The notes: generated from the sequence alone by a model not told the origin. A stretch of 64,000 nucleotides of DNA from Longimicrobiales bacterium (GCA_965238005.1 OZ250165.1:576001-640000), one strand, 5' to 3'. Positions 48,686 to 59,551 are shown, counted from the first letter of the stretch. Numbers and translations are program-made.

Positions 48686-49531
48686 TTGCGTTACTCCTCG
48701 GGAGTCGAGGCCCATATCCTAAATACCTTCCGACGCTTCCAGGCTAGCGTGGCTCGCAAGCTTTCCCGCGCCAGATTCGGTGAAGACTGGAGCGACCGGC
48801 TCAAGCTACTGGGTCCGTTGGTGTGGCATCATCGTCCGCGTCGCCCCGTGACCGTCGCGGTCCGCGTCTCGGGGGGACCCCTGCTGTTGGAGTTACGGAA
48901 CCGATCGGACTTCGGCGCCTTCGACGAGGTCTTCGTCCTGCGCGAGTACGCCGTAGAGCTGGCGGAGCCACCCCTGGTGATCCTCGACCTGGGTGCCTAC
49001 GTCGGCATGGCCTCACTCTATTTCGCCCTGCGTTATCCTCAGGCGCAGATCTATGCTGTGGAGGCCTCTCCCAGCAACTACAAGCAGCTGGTGAAGAACA
49101 CGTCTAGCCAGCCCCGCATCCATCCCGTCCACCTGGCGGTCTCCGACGAGGACGGCGTCTGTGACTTCTTTCCGGCCCCCAACAGTCCGGCCAGTAGCTC
49201 ATTGACACGCCGCTCTGCTGGACAACGACCTCAGCGAGTACCCTGCCGTTCGTACCGCTCTCTGTGTCGCGAGCTGGGCCTGGAGGCGGTGGATTTGTTG
49301 AAACTCGACGTAGAGGGTGCCGAAGAGCGCCTCTTCTCCGACATGGATGGCCTACGCCACACGAGGCACATCGTCGGAGAGATGCACTACGACTTGACGT
49401 CCCTCTCTCGAGAGGATTGCATGGAACACCTAACGGCCTGGGACTGTCGCTTCCGGCCCTTGAGCCCACAGCGAGACCTCCTGTTCGCCGTCCGAACGCC
49501 TGCCCCGCACTTGGACACCCCCGGTGACTGA
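48686..49531 (+). CDS. FkbM-family methyltransferase (start uncertain)
   Basis: ILDLGAYVG, YAVEAS, DLLKLDVEGAE, GEMH. Confidence 0.82.
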   Translation: MRYSSGVEAHILNTFRRFQASVARKLSRARFGEDWSDRLKLLGPLVWHHRPRRPVTVAVRVSGGPLLLELRNRSDFGAFDEVFVLREYAVELAEPPLVILDLGAYVGMASLYFALRYPQAQIYAVEASPSNYKQLVKNTSSQPRIHPVHLAVSDEDGVCDFFPAPNSPASSSLTRRSAGQRPQRVPCRSYRSLCRELGLEAVDLLKLDVEGAEERLFSDMDGLRHTRHIVGEMHYDLTSLSREDCMEHLTAWDCRFRPLSPQRDLLFAVRTPAPHLDTPGD

Positions 49532-49609
49532 GCGGCCAGGACCCCGACGTGACGGCAGGATGCTACACCACGCGGGTACCGACATACCTCGAGGAGACTC
49601 GGATCATCA

Positions 49610-49837
49610 TTGATGAGGCCCACAATGCAATCACGTCGTGAGAGGCTCGCCACCCTGCCGCCCCTGTTGCCAGCAGCCATCAGAGAGGCAATAGCCAGCG
49701 AGGACACCGACCAGCTGCATGAGCTCGTTGATGGTGTCGCAGAACACGACGCTGAGGCGGCGGAATACCTGCGCGACCTCGTCGAAGAGTTCGCGTACGA
49801 TTCCCTTGCGGACTTGTTTGCTGTCCGGGGGCGCTGA
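49610..49837 (+). pseudogene. Probable C-terminal helical remnant of a hybrid kinase/response regulator
   Basis: LATLP...AEYLRDLVEEFAYDSL resembles the tails of such proteins; no receiver domain upstream. Confidence 0.4.
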
Positions 49838-49983
49838 CTAGTCAGGGCTAGGGACGGCCCGCGTTACCCTTCGGACCAGGATCTCTCCCTCTCTATCACT
49901 CCTGGCGAACGGACCAACTGGACATGTTGAGCGTGGGACTCACCCGGAGCTCCACCACGTCTCCCGGCACGGCAGAAATGTGT

Positions 49984-50217
49984 TCACTCAGATACGCGGC
50001 ACGTGATCCGATTGCGCTCACCAACACGCGGAACCCTCCTGCCCCCACCGACAAGCGGGGCGGGACCTCCAGAGTTGTACGTGTTGAACGGGCTGTCGCC
50101 GATCTCGAGCTCCACCGCGTCCTTCCCCGTCGCCTGAAGCTCCTTCGCGATGGCCAGAACGGTGAACGCGGTCTCGGCGGTAAGGGACTTCGCGAACGAG
50201 CTGAGCTCAACGGTCAC
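49984..50217 (-). pseudogene. N-terminal fragment of a class I/II PLP aminotransferase
   Basis: AETAFTVLAIAKEL..GKDAVELEIGDSPFNT, then homology is lost after ~46 aa. Confidence 0.7.
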
Positions 50218-50807
50218 GGCTGTGTTTCCTCAGTGGTGCACATGAATGCGAGGCCATAGGTGCCGTCGGCGTGAGCCCAGCCGGTGCCGGTATGGGTGAT
50301 CGGCTGGCCCATCATGTCCATGCCCATACCCATTCCGTCCGAGCCCAGCACCATGGCCTCCGTAACCGACTCGCCACCCAGGGGGATACCGTGTCGCCGG
50401 AGGTCGAAGGGCATTCCGAAGGGATCCGTCATGCCACCACCGACGTGAACGGTGTACTCGGTCCCGGGCAAGAGCGCCATCATCGGCGCGAATCCAAGCC
50501 CCATCTGATCCGACGTGAGCGACCAGATGCCGACGACGACGGGCCCGGGACAGTCGCCTTCGTGCAACGCGATGAAGGTCCGCATCGTCGTTGGAACTCC
50601 GTGGTCGAACCGGACCTCGATGTCCGTGGTGACGCTGACGTCGACCGCTCCTGCAGCGGGCTCGACTGAGAGCAGCAATGTCGGTTCGTTCGTCGCGGTT
50701 GGATCGTCCACGGTGGGGGAGCCGGAGCACGCACCGGCCATGGCAGCACCGATCACGATGATGAGTCGGTGGGGAAGGGCCCTCGCGCGCGTGGATCTCG
50801 CGCCCAT
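50214..50807 (-). CDS. Ig-like (Big_5-type) domain lipoprotein with a Met-rich C-terminus
   Basis: Lipobox MAGAC; SVEPAAGAVDV..IEVRFD; LLPGTEYTVHVGGGMTD; GMGMGMDMMG. Confidence 0.7.
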   Translation of the reverse strand: MGARSTRARALPHRLIIVIGAAMAGACSGSPTVDDPTATNEPTLLLSVEPAAGAVDVSVTTDIEVRFDHGVPTTMRTFIALHEGDCPGPVVVGIWSLTSDQMGLGFAPMMALLPGTEYTVHVGGGMTDPFGMPFDLRRHGIPLGGESVTEAMVLGSDGMGMGMDMMGQPITHTGTGWAHADGTYGLAFMCTTEETQP

Positions 50808-51019
50808 GATGTCTCCCTCCGAGATACAGGACATCAACCATACGTTGTCGTCTACGGCGACCAAGATGCGGTCCCACACCGATCCCCGCTATCGGCGACC
50901 GACCCGGCTGCCCCGGGGAGATCGCTGGATGGCTTTGAACTCGCGTCTCCGGACCCGTATCACGAATGCCCGGCCATGGTCAAGGGAAAATGTATCCGTC
51001 GCAACGTCACGATGCGACA

Positions 51020-51259
51020 TCACAACGCGACGAAGAGGCCCATAGCGTACATGATCATGAGGCCCGCCATGAGACCACCGGCGATCAACGGCGTCCAGAC
51101 GGTGTCGGGGCTTTGCCTCGCGACCATCCTGTGTAAGGCGACTACGACCTGCACGATCGCTCCGATGCCGATGCTCAAGAATAGTACGCCGCCGTCAGCG
51201 CTGCGCCCGAAGGCGATGACGGGGTCGCCGAGCCGGAATCCGCCGAGGTGGAGCCGCAC
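51020..51259 (-). pseudogene. C-terminal fragment of a ZIP-like metal transporter
   Basis: LFLSIGIGAIVQVV...GLMAGLMIMYAMGLFV; only the last TM helices are present. Confidence 0.5.
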
Positions 51260-51638
51260 ATCCAGGAAAACCAGCTCATCGAGGAGTTCGACAAGCTGGA
51301 GCAGGAGAGCTAGGACAGGCAGCTAGGAGAGGCACTCCCTCTCGGTATTCAGCTTCGACCGTCTAGAGCCCTAGGGACTCCCACGGCCGGAATCCTTCGG
51401 CCTATCTCGTGAACGCGTTGAACGTGTCGATGTGAAGGTGTCGCGGAGAGTATAGCGGTATTGTGGCCCACGGCTTCGCGCGAGCACAGCAAAATGGTAT
51501 GGCTACGGCTCGGTCATTTCTTCAACACCATCGTCACCGCGGCTACCGTCATCACGATGTAGCATTCCGTTCCCGTTGACACCTACGGTGGGACGCCTCA
51601 GACTGTCCCGCAGGTTCGATCGGAAAGGAGATCTAATC

Positions 51639-53042
51639 ATGAGTAACAGAAGGAAATTCCTCAAAAGCTCGGGCGCATTCGCGCTCGGAGCGACTATGAG
51701 CTCTGCCTGTGATTCAGGCGCCCAGGAAGGTGTGGGAGGGCGGGCAGTGTCTGGGAGCTCGGCGAGCATGCTGGCCAAGAGACCGGACCACCCCGAACCG
51801 GCCACCTACGACCGGCTACCCCTCGAGTGGTACCATGCGACCGTCAAGCGCCTCCAGGAAAAGCTAAAAGAACGGGGCCTGGACGGCATCCTCATCCAGG
51901 ACCGCTGGAACATCATTTACTTCACCGGACTCTTCCATTCCACTACCGAGCGGCCATTCGCCTGCTTTATCCCTGCCAATGAGCTGGCCGTCTATTGGTG
52001 GCACCCCGGGCTCGACCTGGAAATAGTCGGGAGCTGGTGGTCTACCGAATCAGACTACTTCTTTGACTATCCACATGCTGACGGAGGCTACCCGGACCAG
52101 GGAAAGGTGGTCAAAGGACAGCCGGTGGATCTGCTGGAGTGGACGCTCAAAGGAGTCGCAAAGCATGGCTTTGGCGACAAGAAGATTGGGTTCAGTCGAC
52201 CGCCCACGGTCGGGGACCTGAAGCGAATGAACGAGGTCCTTCCCAAGGCTAGCTTCCAGAACGTGGACGACATCTGTATCAAGATGCGACGAGTCAAGAC
52301 GCCAGAGGAGATCGCCTTGATTCAACGGACTTATGAGTACTGGAGCAAGATCCACGCTTTCGGGCGGGATTACATCCTCGAGCGCGGCACCGATGCAACG
52401 GACTTCGAAGTCCAGATGGCGACCACGGAGTACGGCACCAATCTGATCATGAAGGACATCAAGCGCGATGGCCACCCTCACACCGCGGTCGGGATCAGCG
52501 TAGGCGTCGGCTGCCGAACCGGCATGGGGACCGCCTACCCTCACCCCAATCAATTCCACCTTAACCAGATCAAGAAGGGGGACTCCATTCAGATAGCTCT
52601 GTGGGGCGGTATCGGTGGCTACGGCGGCGAGCTGTACTCTCCCTTCCAGATAGAACCTTGGCCTGAGGGTGGCGAAAAGATGTGGGAGGTCATGGCGGAA
52701 GGTTCCAGGATGCAGATCGAGATGTCCAAGGCCGGAACACCCTGTCAGGATATCGCCTTGGCTATCCACCAAATGCAAGTGAAGAACGGTATGGAGAAGT
52801 ACCTTTACCAGCGGGTAGCCCACGGAGAAGGCATGGAAGGGCACCAGGAACCCTTCATCGCACTGGGCGAGACGACGGTCCTCGAAGAGGGCATGACTTT
52901 TTCCATGGAGCCGGGGCTCTTCTACCCGGAGGGAGGTTACGGCTACAACCCCTCCGACGGCGTGCTGGTGGCCAAGGATGCCGGCATCAACCAGGGAAGC
53001 GTTCCCAACTTGACGAAGGAGTGGGCTCTTTTGAAACTGTAA
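51639..53042 (+). CDS. Tat-exported Xaa-Pro/M24-family peptidase
   Basis: Tat motif NRRKFLK; creatinase-like N-domain; RRVKTPEEI, HGEGMEGHQEP, GMTFSMEPG. Confidence 0.85.
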   Translation: MSNRRKFLKSSGAFALGATMSSACDSGAQEGVGGRAVSGSSASMLAKRPDHPEPATYDRLPLEWYHATVKRLQEKLKERGLDGILIQDRWNIIYFTGLFHSTTERPFACFIPANELAVYWWHPGLDLEIVGSWWSTESDYFFDYPHADGGYPDQGKVVKGQPVDLLEWTLKGVAKHGFGDKKIGFSRPPTVGDLKRMNEVLPKASFQNVDDICIKMRRVKTPEEIALIQRTYEYWSKIHAFGRDYILERGTDATDFEVQMATTEYGTNLIMKDIKRDGHPHTAVGISVGVGCRTGMGTAYPHPNQFHLNQIKKGDSIQIALWGGIGGYGGELYSPFQIEPWPEGGEKMWEVMAEGSRMQIEMSKAGTPCQDIALAIHQMQVKNGMEKYLYQRVAHGEGMEGHQEPFIALGETTVLEEGMTFSMEPGLFYPEGGYGYNPSDGVLVAKDAGINQGSVPNLTKEWALLKL

Positions 53043-53062
53043 CAACTTAAGGATAGGAAGAC

Positions 53063-53362
53063 TTCTACTTCGAAAAGGTGGCGGACAGGGGTAGTTGGGA
53101 CTTCCCGCTCGTCAACGTCGCCGCCCCTCTCAGGCTAGAGGGAGACCGGATCGCCGACGCGCGTATCGTCGTGGGCGCCGTACAATGCATCCCGCGGCGC
53201 CTTGCGGACGTGGAGGACCTCGTGAGAGACCGCGTCATGAGCGAAGAGACCGCCGCCATGGCGGGCGCGGTGGCGATCGAGGGAGCGGAGCCCTTGCGGT
53301 ACAACGACTTCAAGGTGCCGCTCAGGGAGAACATCGTGAAGAGGACGGTGCGCGACGCCTGA
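53063..53362 (+). pseudogene. C-terminal fragment of a xanthine dehydrogenase-family FAD subunit (YagS-like)
   Basis: FYFEKVADRGSWDFPLVNVA...ARIVVGAV..PRR...PLRYNDFKV; the FAD-binding N-terminus is absent. Confidence 0.72.
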
Positions 53363-53486
53363 AGGCAGTGCGCGAGGCTGAGGGCAGTGCGTGAGGCCTA
53401 GTGGAAAAGGTTCCCGCCGCGGCAGGCCCGCAGGGGACCCGCGGCCCGCAACGTGTGGCCCCACTCGGCCGTGGCTTGGCCTGCAA

Positions 53487-53855
53487 CTAAGCCGAGGACT
53501 CCAACCAGGTCGTGTCCTCCCCCGCGTTGATCGCGAGGTGCTCACCGGCCAGCCCCGGGGCCGCGCCATGCCAGTGCTCTTCGTCGGGGTCGATCACGAC
53601 CACGTCGCCCGAGTGGAGCCGGAGCTCGTTGCCCTCGCGGTCGACGGCGACGCACGTACCGCTGAGTCCGTAGAGCACCTGGACGTCGTCGTGTTTATGC
53701 CAGTTGGTACGGGCACCCTCACCAAAAGTGACGCGGTAGACGCGTACGGGCAGCCTGTCGGCACGGCCGAGTAGGGGCTGCATCAGCGCGGGGAGCTCGA
53801 AGTGCTGTTCGTCGGCACCGCCATGGGGCCGACTCGCGTGATCGATGACTTTCAT
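53487..53855 (-). CDS. Cupin domain protein
   Basis: GARTNWHKH..Q; GDVVVIDPDEEHWHGA. Confidence 0.85.
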   Translation of the reverse strand: MKVIDHASRPHGGADEQHFELPALMQPLLGRADRLPVRVYRVTFGEGARTNWHKHDDVQVLYGLSGTCVAVDREGNELRLHSGDVVVIDPDEEHWHGAAPGLAGEHLAINAGEDTTWLESSA

Positions 53856-53875
53856 TTTCGGCCGTCGTGAAAAGG

Positions 53876-53898
53876 CTAGAAGGCTGTTGAAGAAGTAG
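53876..53898 (+). repeat. MITE family B solo terminal repeat
   Basis: CTAGAAGGCTGTTGAAGAAGTA matches the family B TIR. Confidence 0.7.
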
Positions 53899-54038
53899 AT
53901 CGCCACGATGTCGCGCTGGCATGTTGACGGCAAGGCCACGATCCCCGGCACTCAGCTTGACGCGTGCCAGTCCAATGCATACCTGTCCATGGCGTCGTCG
54001 CCGAAATTTGCCGATGTAGCCGACCACGGGCCAAGCCA

Positions 54039-55010
54039 ATGGACTTCACCAGTCTCGCACGGAAAGCCATCGAGGAGGACCGCCTCACTGCCGAGGAGTG
54101 TCGGGCCGTCTTGTACGCCCCAGACGAGGACGTCCTGGAGTTGCTCTCGGCAGCCTACCGCGTGAGGAAGACCTTCTGTGGCAACAAGGTGCACATTCAC
54201 GTCCTGATGAACGCCAAGAGCGGCCTGTGCCCCGAGGACTGTGGTTACTGCTCCCAATCCAAGCTTTCCACGGCTGATATCTCCAAGTATGCGATGGTGA
54301 GCCGAGATCGACTCCTCGAAGCAGCGAGGGCTGCGAAGGAGGCGAAAGCCAAACGTTTTTGCATCGTGACGAGCGGCAGAGGCGCCACTTGGAGAGAAGT
54401 CGAAAACCTCAGTGAGGCCGTCCGTAGCATTCGGGACGAGGTTGGCATCAAGGTTTGCTGTAGCGTCGGGCTATTAGACGAACCCAAGGCGAAGGCCCTC
54501 AAGGACGCCGGCGTCGATCAACTCAACCACAATCTCAATACCAGCGAAGAGTTCTATTCGGAAATCTGCACCTCGCACACGTACCAAGACCGGTTGGATA
54601 CCCTACGAGCAGCCCGGTCCGCGGGACTGAATCTCTGCAGCGGTGCCATCTTCGGGATGGGCGAGTCCGACGACGACGTGATCGACACGCTCATGGCTCT
54701 ACGGGACCTCGCCCCGCAATCGATCCCGATCAATTTCCTCATCCCCATCGAGGGCACGCCCCTACAGGACGTGCATCGCCTGACCCCATATCAGTGCCTG
54801 AGGATTCTATGCTTGGCAAGATTCCTGAACCCGAGACAAGAGATCAGGATCTCAGGCGGCAGGGAATTCCACCTGAGGTCTCTCCAGGCCATGGCGCTCT
54901 ATCCGGCCAACTCCCTTTTCGTGGACGGGTATCTGACCACACCGGGACAGTCACCCAAAGATGCCTGGCGGCTGATCGAGGACATGGGGTTCGAAATCCA
55001 GCTAGATTGA
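54039..55010 (+). CDS. bioB: Biotin synthase
   Basis: NAKSGLCPEDCGYCSQS, NHNLNTS, IPINFL, RISGGRE, ANSLF..YLTT. Confidence 0.96.
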   Translation: MDFTSLARKAIEEDRLTAEECRAVLYAPDEDVLELLSAAYRVRKTFCGNKVHIHVLMNAKSGLCPEDCGYCSQSKLSTADISKYAMVSRDRLLEAARAAKEAKAKRFCIVTSGRGATWREVENLSEAVRSIRDEVGIKVCCSVGLLDEPKAKALKDAGVDQLNHNLNTSEEFYSEICTSHTYQDRLDTLRAARSAGLNLCSGAIFGMGESDDDVIDTLMALRDLAPQSIPINFLIPIEGTPLQDVHRLTPYQCLRILCLARFLNPRQEIRISGGREFHLRSLQAMALYPANSLFVDGYLTTPGQSPKDAWRLIEDMGFEIQLD

Positions 55011-55069
55011 CCGTCCTTATTGACCGTCATTGACCGTCCTCTGGAGAGAGGCCTCGAGCCTGCTGTAGC

Positions 55070-56416
55070 ATGGCACATCCCTATCGGATATGGCATCCCT
55101 TTACGCAGATGGCCCGCTTCGACGCCGAGCCGAAGCTCGTGGTGGAGCGGGCTGAAGGGAACCGCCTGATCGACCGCGACGGTCGGGAATACATAGACGC
55201 GGTGGCATCGCTCTGGTCGGTCATCCACGGCCATGGGCATCCGCAAATCGTCGAAGCCATCCAGGCGCAGGCCGCGAAGCTGCAACACAGCACGTTGCTG
55301 GGCATCAGCCATCCGTCGGCCATCGAATTCGCGGAGTCCCTCGTACGCCATCTGCCTCAAGGCCTCTCGCGGGTGTACTACAGCTCGGACGGGGCTAGCG
55401 CCGTCGAAGTGGCGCTGAAGATGGCGATCCAATACTGGGTCAATCGCGGTCATCCCGAGCGCAAGCGGATCGTCGCGTTGGACATGGCCTATCACGGAGA
55501 TACGCTCGGAGCCAGTAGCCTTGGGGGGGCCGGACCCTTTCGGGATCCGTACGAGCCGCTGCTCTTCGAGCCGTTGCGGATTCCAAACGGCTATCGGTAC
55601 CGCTGCCGGTGGTGCGCGGACGGCCTCGAGTGCGACTCCTCGTGCGTCAACGCACTGCGCGACCTCCTCGAGGCCCGGGGGAGTGAGATCGCGGCGGTGA
55701 TCGTCGAGCCCCGCGTGCAAGGGGCGGCCGGGATGATCGTCGCGCCCGAAGGAAATCTTTCGAGCATCCGACGGCTATGCGACGACCATGATGTCTTGCT
55801 CATCGCCGATGAGGTGGCAACCGGCTTCGGAAGGACCGGCGAAATGTTCGCCTGTGACCTGGAAGGGGTGGTGCCCGACATCATGACGCTGGGGAAGGGC
55901 ATCACCGGCGGGTACCTTCCACTCTCGGCCACCGTTGCCACCGAGCGGGTCTACGACGCTTTTTACGACGTGTCTGATCGTAACAAGACGCTCTTTCACG
56001 GGCATACCTTCGCCGGGAACCCCATCTGTTGCGCCGCCGCCATGGCGAGCTTGAGGATCTTCGAGGCCGAGCCGGTCTTGGAGCGCGTACGCCGGCGAGC
56101 CGCTTTTCTTGGATCGCTTCTGAGCGAGCTCTTCGGCGATCATCCTTGGGTCGGAGAGATCCGGCAGCAGGGCCTCATGGTCGGCCTCGAGCTGGTTCGG
56201 GACCGAATGACACGAGAGTCCTTTCCTCCGGCCGACGCCATCGGTTGGCGAGTCTGCATGGGCGCCCGCGATCAGGGCGTCTTCATTCGTCCTTTGGGCG
56301 ATGTCGTGGTCATGATGCCTCCTCTCTCCATAGAAGAGGACGAGCTCGTTCAGATCGCCGAGGCGGTGCGGGATGGCCTTCGCGAAGTCGGGAGCGGCCA
56401 TGACGCCGTGGACTAA
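55070..56416 (+). CDS. bioA: DAPA aminotransferase
   Basis: IWHPFTQM, AYHGDT, DEVATGFGRTG, GKGITGGYLP, HGHTFAGNP. Confidence 0.95.
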   Translation: MAHPYRIWHPFTQMARFDAEPKLVVERAEGNRLIDRDGREYIDAVASLWSVIHGHGHPQIVEAIQAQAAKLQHSTLLGISHPSAIEFAESLVRHLPQGLSRVYYSSDGASAVEVALKMAIQYWVNRGHPERKRIVALDMAYHGDTLGASSLGGAGPFRDPYEPLLFEPLRIPNGYRYRCRWCADGLECDSSCVNALRDLLEARGSEIAAVIVEPRVQGAAGMIVAPEGNLSSIRRLCDDHDVLLIADEVATGFGRTGEMFACDLEGVVPDIMTLGKGITGGYLPLSATVATERVYDAFYDVSDRNKTLFHGHTFAGNPICCAAAMASLRIFEAEPVLERVRRRAAFLGSLLSELFGDHPWVGEIRQQGLMVGLELVRDRMTRESFPPADAIGWRVCMGARDQGVFIRPLGDVVVMMPPLSIEEDELVQIAEAVRDGLREVGSGHDAVD

Positions 56417-56467
56417 TGGTCTAGAGGCCATGACGCCGTGGACCAGCGATCTGGAGTGCGAGAGGCC

Positions 56468-57631
56468 ATGACGCCCTGGGCCAGCGATCTGGAGAGTGAC
56501 CTGCGGCAGGCAGACGAGCTCTCGCTCCGGCGCAGTATCGTCACGCTGGAGACTGGACAGGAACCTCACGTTCTCATGAAGGGGCGCCGATACACCCTGT
56601 TCACGTCCAACAACTACCTCGGATTGAGCACTCACCCCGAGGTCATCGAGGCGTCCATCGAGGCGACTCGCGCCTATGGGACCAGCGTCTCGGCCTCGCG
56701 GCTGCTATGCGGGTCCACCCCGCTCCACGAGGAGCTCGAGGCCAGGTTGGCCGCGTTGAAGTCACGTGAAGCGTGTTTGCTGTTCAGCTCCGGATACTTG
56801 GCGAACCTGGGATTGATGACCGCCTTCCTGGATTCAGACGACGTGATCTTCAGCGACCGTCTGAATCACGCCTCCATCGTCGATGGCAGTCGGCTCTCGG
56901 CAGCGAAGGTGGTGCTCTACGACCACTGCGATCCCAACCACTTGGAGGTCCTTCTGTCCGAGACGCCCGCGAAGCGCCGGCTGATCGTGTCGGAATCGGT
57001 GTTCAGCATGGACGGAGACCTGGCCCCTGTCCCGGAATTGCTCGCGCTGGCCGAGCGTTTCGGAGCGCTCTTGGTCCTGGATGAGGCACATGCTACCGGA
57101 CTGTTGGGTGAAGACGGCGCGGGCGTCCTCAGCCTATTCGGCATTTCCGACGGCCCCATCGTGATCGTGGGCACGCTCTCGAAGGCCCTGGGGTCCATGG
57201 GCGGCTTCGTGGCGGCGGACCAGACGTTGATCTCGGTGCTGGTGAGCCGAGCCCGCTCCTTCATTTTCAACACCGCTCTCCCCGCCGCTGCGGCGGGCGC
57301 CGCCCTCGCGTCCATCAAGCTGCTGGAGACCGAGCCGTGGCGCCGGGAGCAGTCACTCTCTCTGGCGCGTTCTCTTCGCGATGGAATCCTCCAACGGGAG
57401 TTTCCCCCCTCGAACTCCGTCACCCAGATCGTCCCTCTCATGATCGGCAACGTCGAAGCGGCGCTGGCCCTCGAGTCACGGTTTCGCGAGGCCGGTGTGT
57501 TAGCTCGAGCCATAAGACCACCGACGGTACCGGAAGGAACCTCGCGTATCAGGTTCAACGTGATGGCGACCCATACGCAAGAGGACATCAACCACGTATT
57601 GGGCCTCCTCGAGCCAGGCCTCCCTTCCTGA
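56468..57631 (+). CDS. bioF: 8-amino-7-oxononanoate synthase (start 56468 or 56438)
   Basis: SNNYLGL, SGYLAN, DRLNHASIVDG, FSMDGD, DEAH, GTLSKA, IRPPTVP. Confidence 0.95.
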   Translation: MTPWASDLESDLRQADELSLRRSIVTLETGQEPHVLMKGRRYTLFTSNNYLGLSTHPEVIEASIEATRAYGTSVSASRLLCGSTPLHEELEARLAALKSREACLLFSSGYLANLGLMTAFLDSDDVIFSDRLNHASIVDGSRLSAAKVVLYDHCDPNHLEVLLSETPAKRRLIVSESVFSMDGDLAPVPELLALAERFGALLVLDEAHATGLLGEDGAGVLSLFGISDGPIVIVGTLSKALGSMGGFVAADQTLISVLVSRARSFIFNTALPAAAAGAALASIKLLETEPWRREQSLSLARSLRDGILQREFPPSNSVTQIVPLMIGNVEAALALESRFREAGVLARAIRPPTVPEGTSRIRFNVMATHTQEDINHVLGLLEPGLPS

Positions 57632-57637
57632 TCGCGT

Positions 57638-58354
57638 ATGGGTCGCATCGTACTGGTGACCGGCACGGATACGGGGGTCGGCAAGACCATCGTCGCCGCC
57701 TGGTTGGCGTCGCTCACTTCGCGGTCCCAACGAGTGGCGTTGGTCAAAGCCGCTCAGACGGGGGCAGACCCTGCCGTTGACGGCGACGAGGCGTTCTACA
57801 GAGCGGCCCTCGTCGGTCATCCCGTTACGATGACGACATTGGCCACGTTTCCCGAGCCCCTGGCCCCAGCGATCGCGGCGAGGAGGTCAGGCGAAAGCGT
57901 TCGTGCGCAGGACATTGCGCGGTCCTGCATTCAGATTGCCCAGGCTCACGATCTAACCATCGTCGAAGGCTCAGGAGGCCTAATGGTGCCTGTCGATGAA
58001 GAATCGAGCTTCGCGGACCTTGCCGGAGCTCTGAGCGCCAACCTGGTTCTGGTGATCCGGCCCGGGCTCGGGACGCTGAATCACACGACGCTCACGCTGG
58101 AGGCCGCGTCCAGACGAAACCTTCTCGTCGAGATGCTGGTGTGTAACGGGTTGGTCGCCAAGCCTGGGCTCGTTGAAATCGAGAACCTTCGATTCCTTCG
58201 AAGCCGTTATCCGGAGATACCTTTGATTGCGCTCCGCCGCCTGCGCCAGGAGAGCCTGCACCGTCTGGCTCTACTCCGGCCGCAGATCCTCGGCGACCCG
58301 CCGACTTTGATGCAGGGCTCGCCCCTGCAGCCATTGGAGCTTCCACAGCCATAG
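57638..58354 (+). CDS. bioD: Dethiobiotin synthase
   Basis: VTGTDTGVGKT, QTG, EGSGG, LGTLNHT. Confidence 0.95.
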   Translation: MGRIVLVTGTDTGVGKTIVAAWLASLTSRSQRVALVKAAQTGADPAVDGDEAFYRAALVGHPVTMTTLATFPEPLAPAIAARRSGESVRAQDIARSCIQIAQAHDLTIVEGSGGLMVPVDEESSFADLAGALSANLVLVIRPGLGTLNHTTLTLEAASRRNLLVEMLVCNGLVAKPGLVEIENLRFLRSRYPEIPLIALRRLRQESLHRLALLRPQILGDPPTLMQGSPLQPLELPQP

Positions 58355-58469
58355 TACCCACTAAGTGGTTGCGGTTCCACACGTTGAGTCCGAACTCGAG
58401 CTGCGGATTGCACCTCTTGGTGATGCCGTCAAAGCTCACGGTCCAGATCCTTGTTTCTCCGTACCCAAT

Positions 58470-58790
58470 GGCGCGCAGATGCGTCTGGATTTCCTGGTCG
58501 AAAAGGCCTGCTACCGTGCCATACGCCGTGTTGCGGACGTGTAGTTCGTTCGCCCAGTCCTTTTTCGCGATATGCGGTCTCAGGTCGATGTAGTGCACGT
58601 TGGTATTGGCGGCGGCCACGTTCTGGATCACCGTGTTCAGCCGGCTCATGATCTCGATCATGATCGCCCGGATGCGGCGCTTTCGCGCGACGGAAACGAG
58701 AGCCTTCTTTTCCTTCCCCTCCGGCATGTGCCAGAGGTCCTTCTTGATCTGCTGCACCTGCTCGTGAGAGTGCTCCACACCACTCCTCCT
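58470..58790 (-). pseudogene. C-terminal remnant resembling an SGNH/GDSL-type hydrolase
   Basis: NVHYIDLR...WANELH...VAGLF pattern; different codon style from neighbours; no N-terminus. Confidence 0.4.
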
Positions 58791-58822
58791 GGGATATGAG
58801 CCTAGCGGCCGTTCACCGCCGC

Positions 58823-59464
58823 TCAGAGCTCCGCGGTAAGGTGCCCCAAGCCGATCGAGCGGAGGAAACCCGGGAAGCGCGGGTCGCCGGGCCAGCCCAC
58901 CAGCCTGGGGGCGACGAAGGCGAGCAGGATGTTGCCGTCCCGGTCGTCCCGGGCGCTCTCGAGCAACGAGCAAGCAGCATCGAGGTCGCCGAGCGCGGCG
59001 TGTACGACTGCAAGCCAGAACCGGGAGACGTGGCCCTCTTGGGACCGCGCTTCGAGATCGAGCAGCACGTCACGCGCCACGCCGACTCCGCCTTGCGCAG
59101 CATGGAAGAGCCCTCGGATGGCGGTCCAGCCCACGACCGGCGATAGCTCGACCGCCTTCTCGATCGCCACGACGGCCTCATCGAGCCTGCCAGATCTGCC
59201 GAGCACATCCGCGTGCGCCACGTGGAGGATGGCCGCCTCGGGCCCCTCGGGTGCGGTGACGAGCAGCGGCGCGAGAAACGCTTCGGCCTCGGCGTAGTCG
59301 CCAAAGATGAGTCGGACCGTCGCCTCTCTTATGCGGAGACCCAAGTCCATGGGGCCCAATTGGAGGGCGCGCGCGTTCGCCGCCCACGCCGCCTCGTAGT
59401 CGTTCTCCACGTACGTGTTGTAGAACTCCCGCCACAAGTGGACGCGCGCCACGTTCGGGCCCAA
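58823..59464 (-). pseudogene. C-terminal TPR region of a kinase/TolB-TPR-type regulator, truncated
   Basis: TPR helices ending LGDLDAACSLLESA...DPRFPGFLRSIGL; N-terminal domains are missing. Confidence 0.55.
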
Positions 59465-59551
59465 CTCCTCCGCTCGGTCGAGGGACGCCTTCGCACGATC
59501 ACGAGCGAGCCGACACTGGAATGATCAAGAACGAACAAATTCGAATAGACA

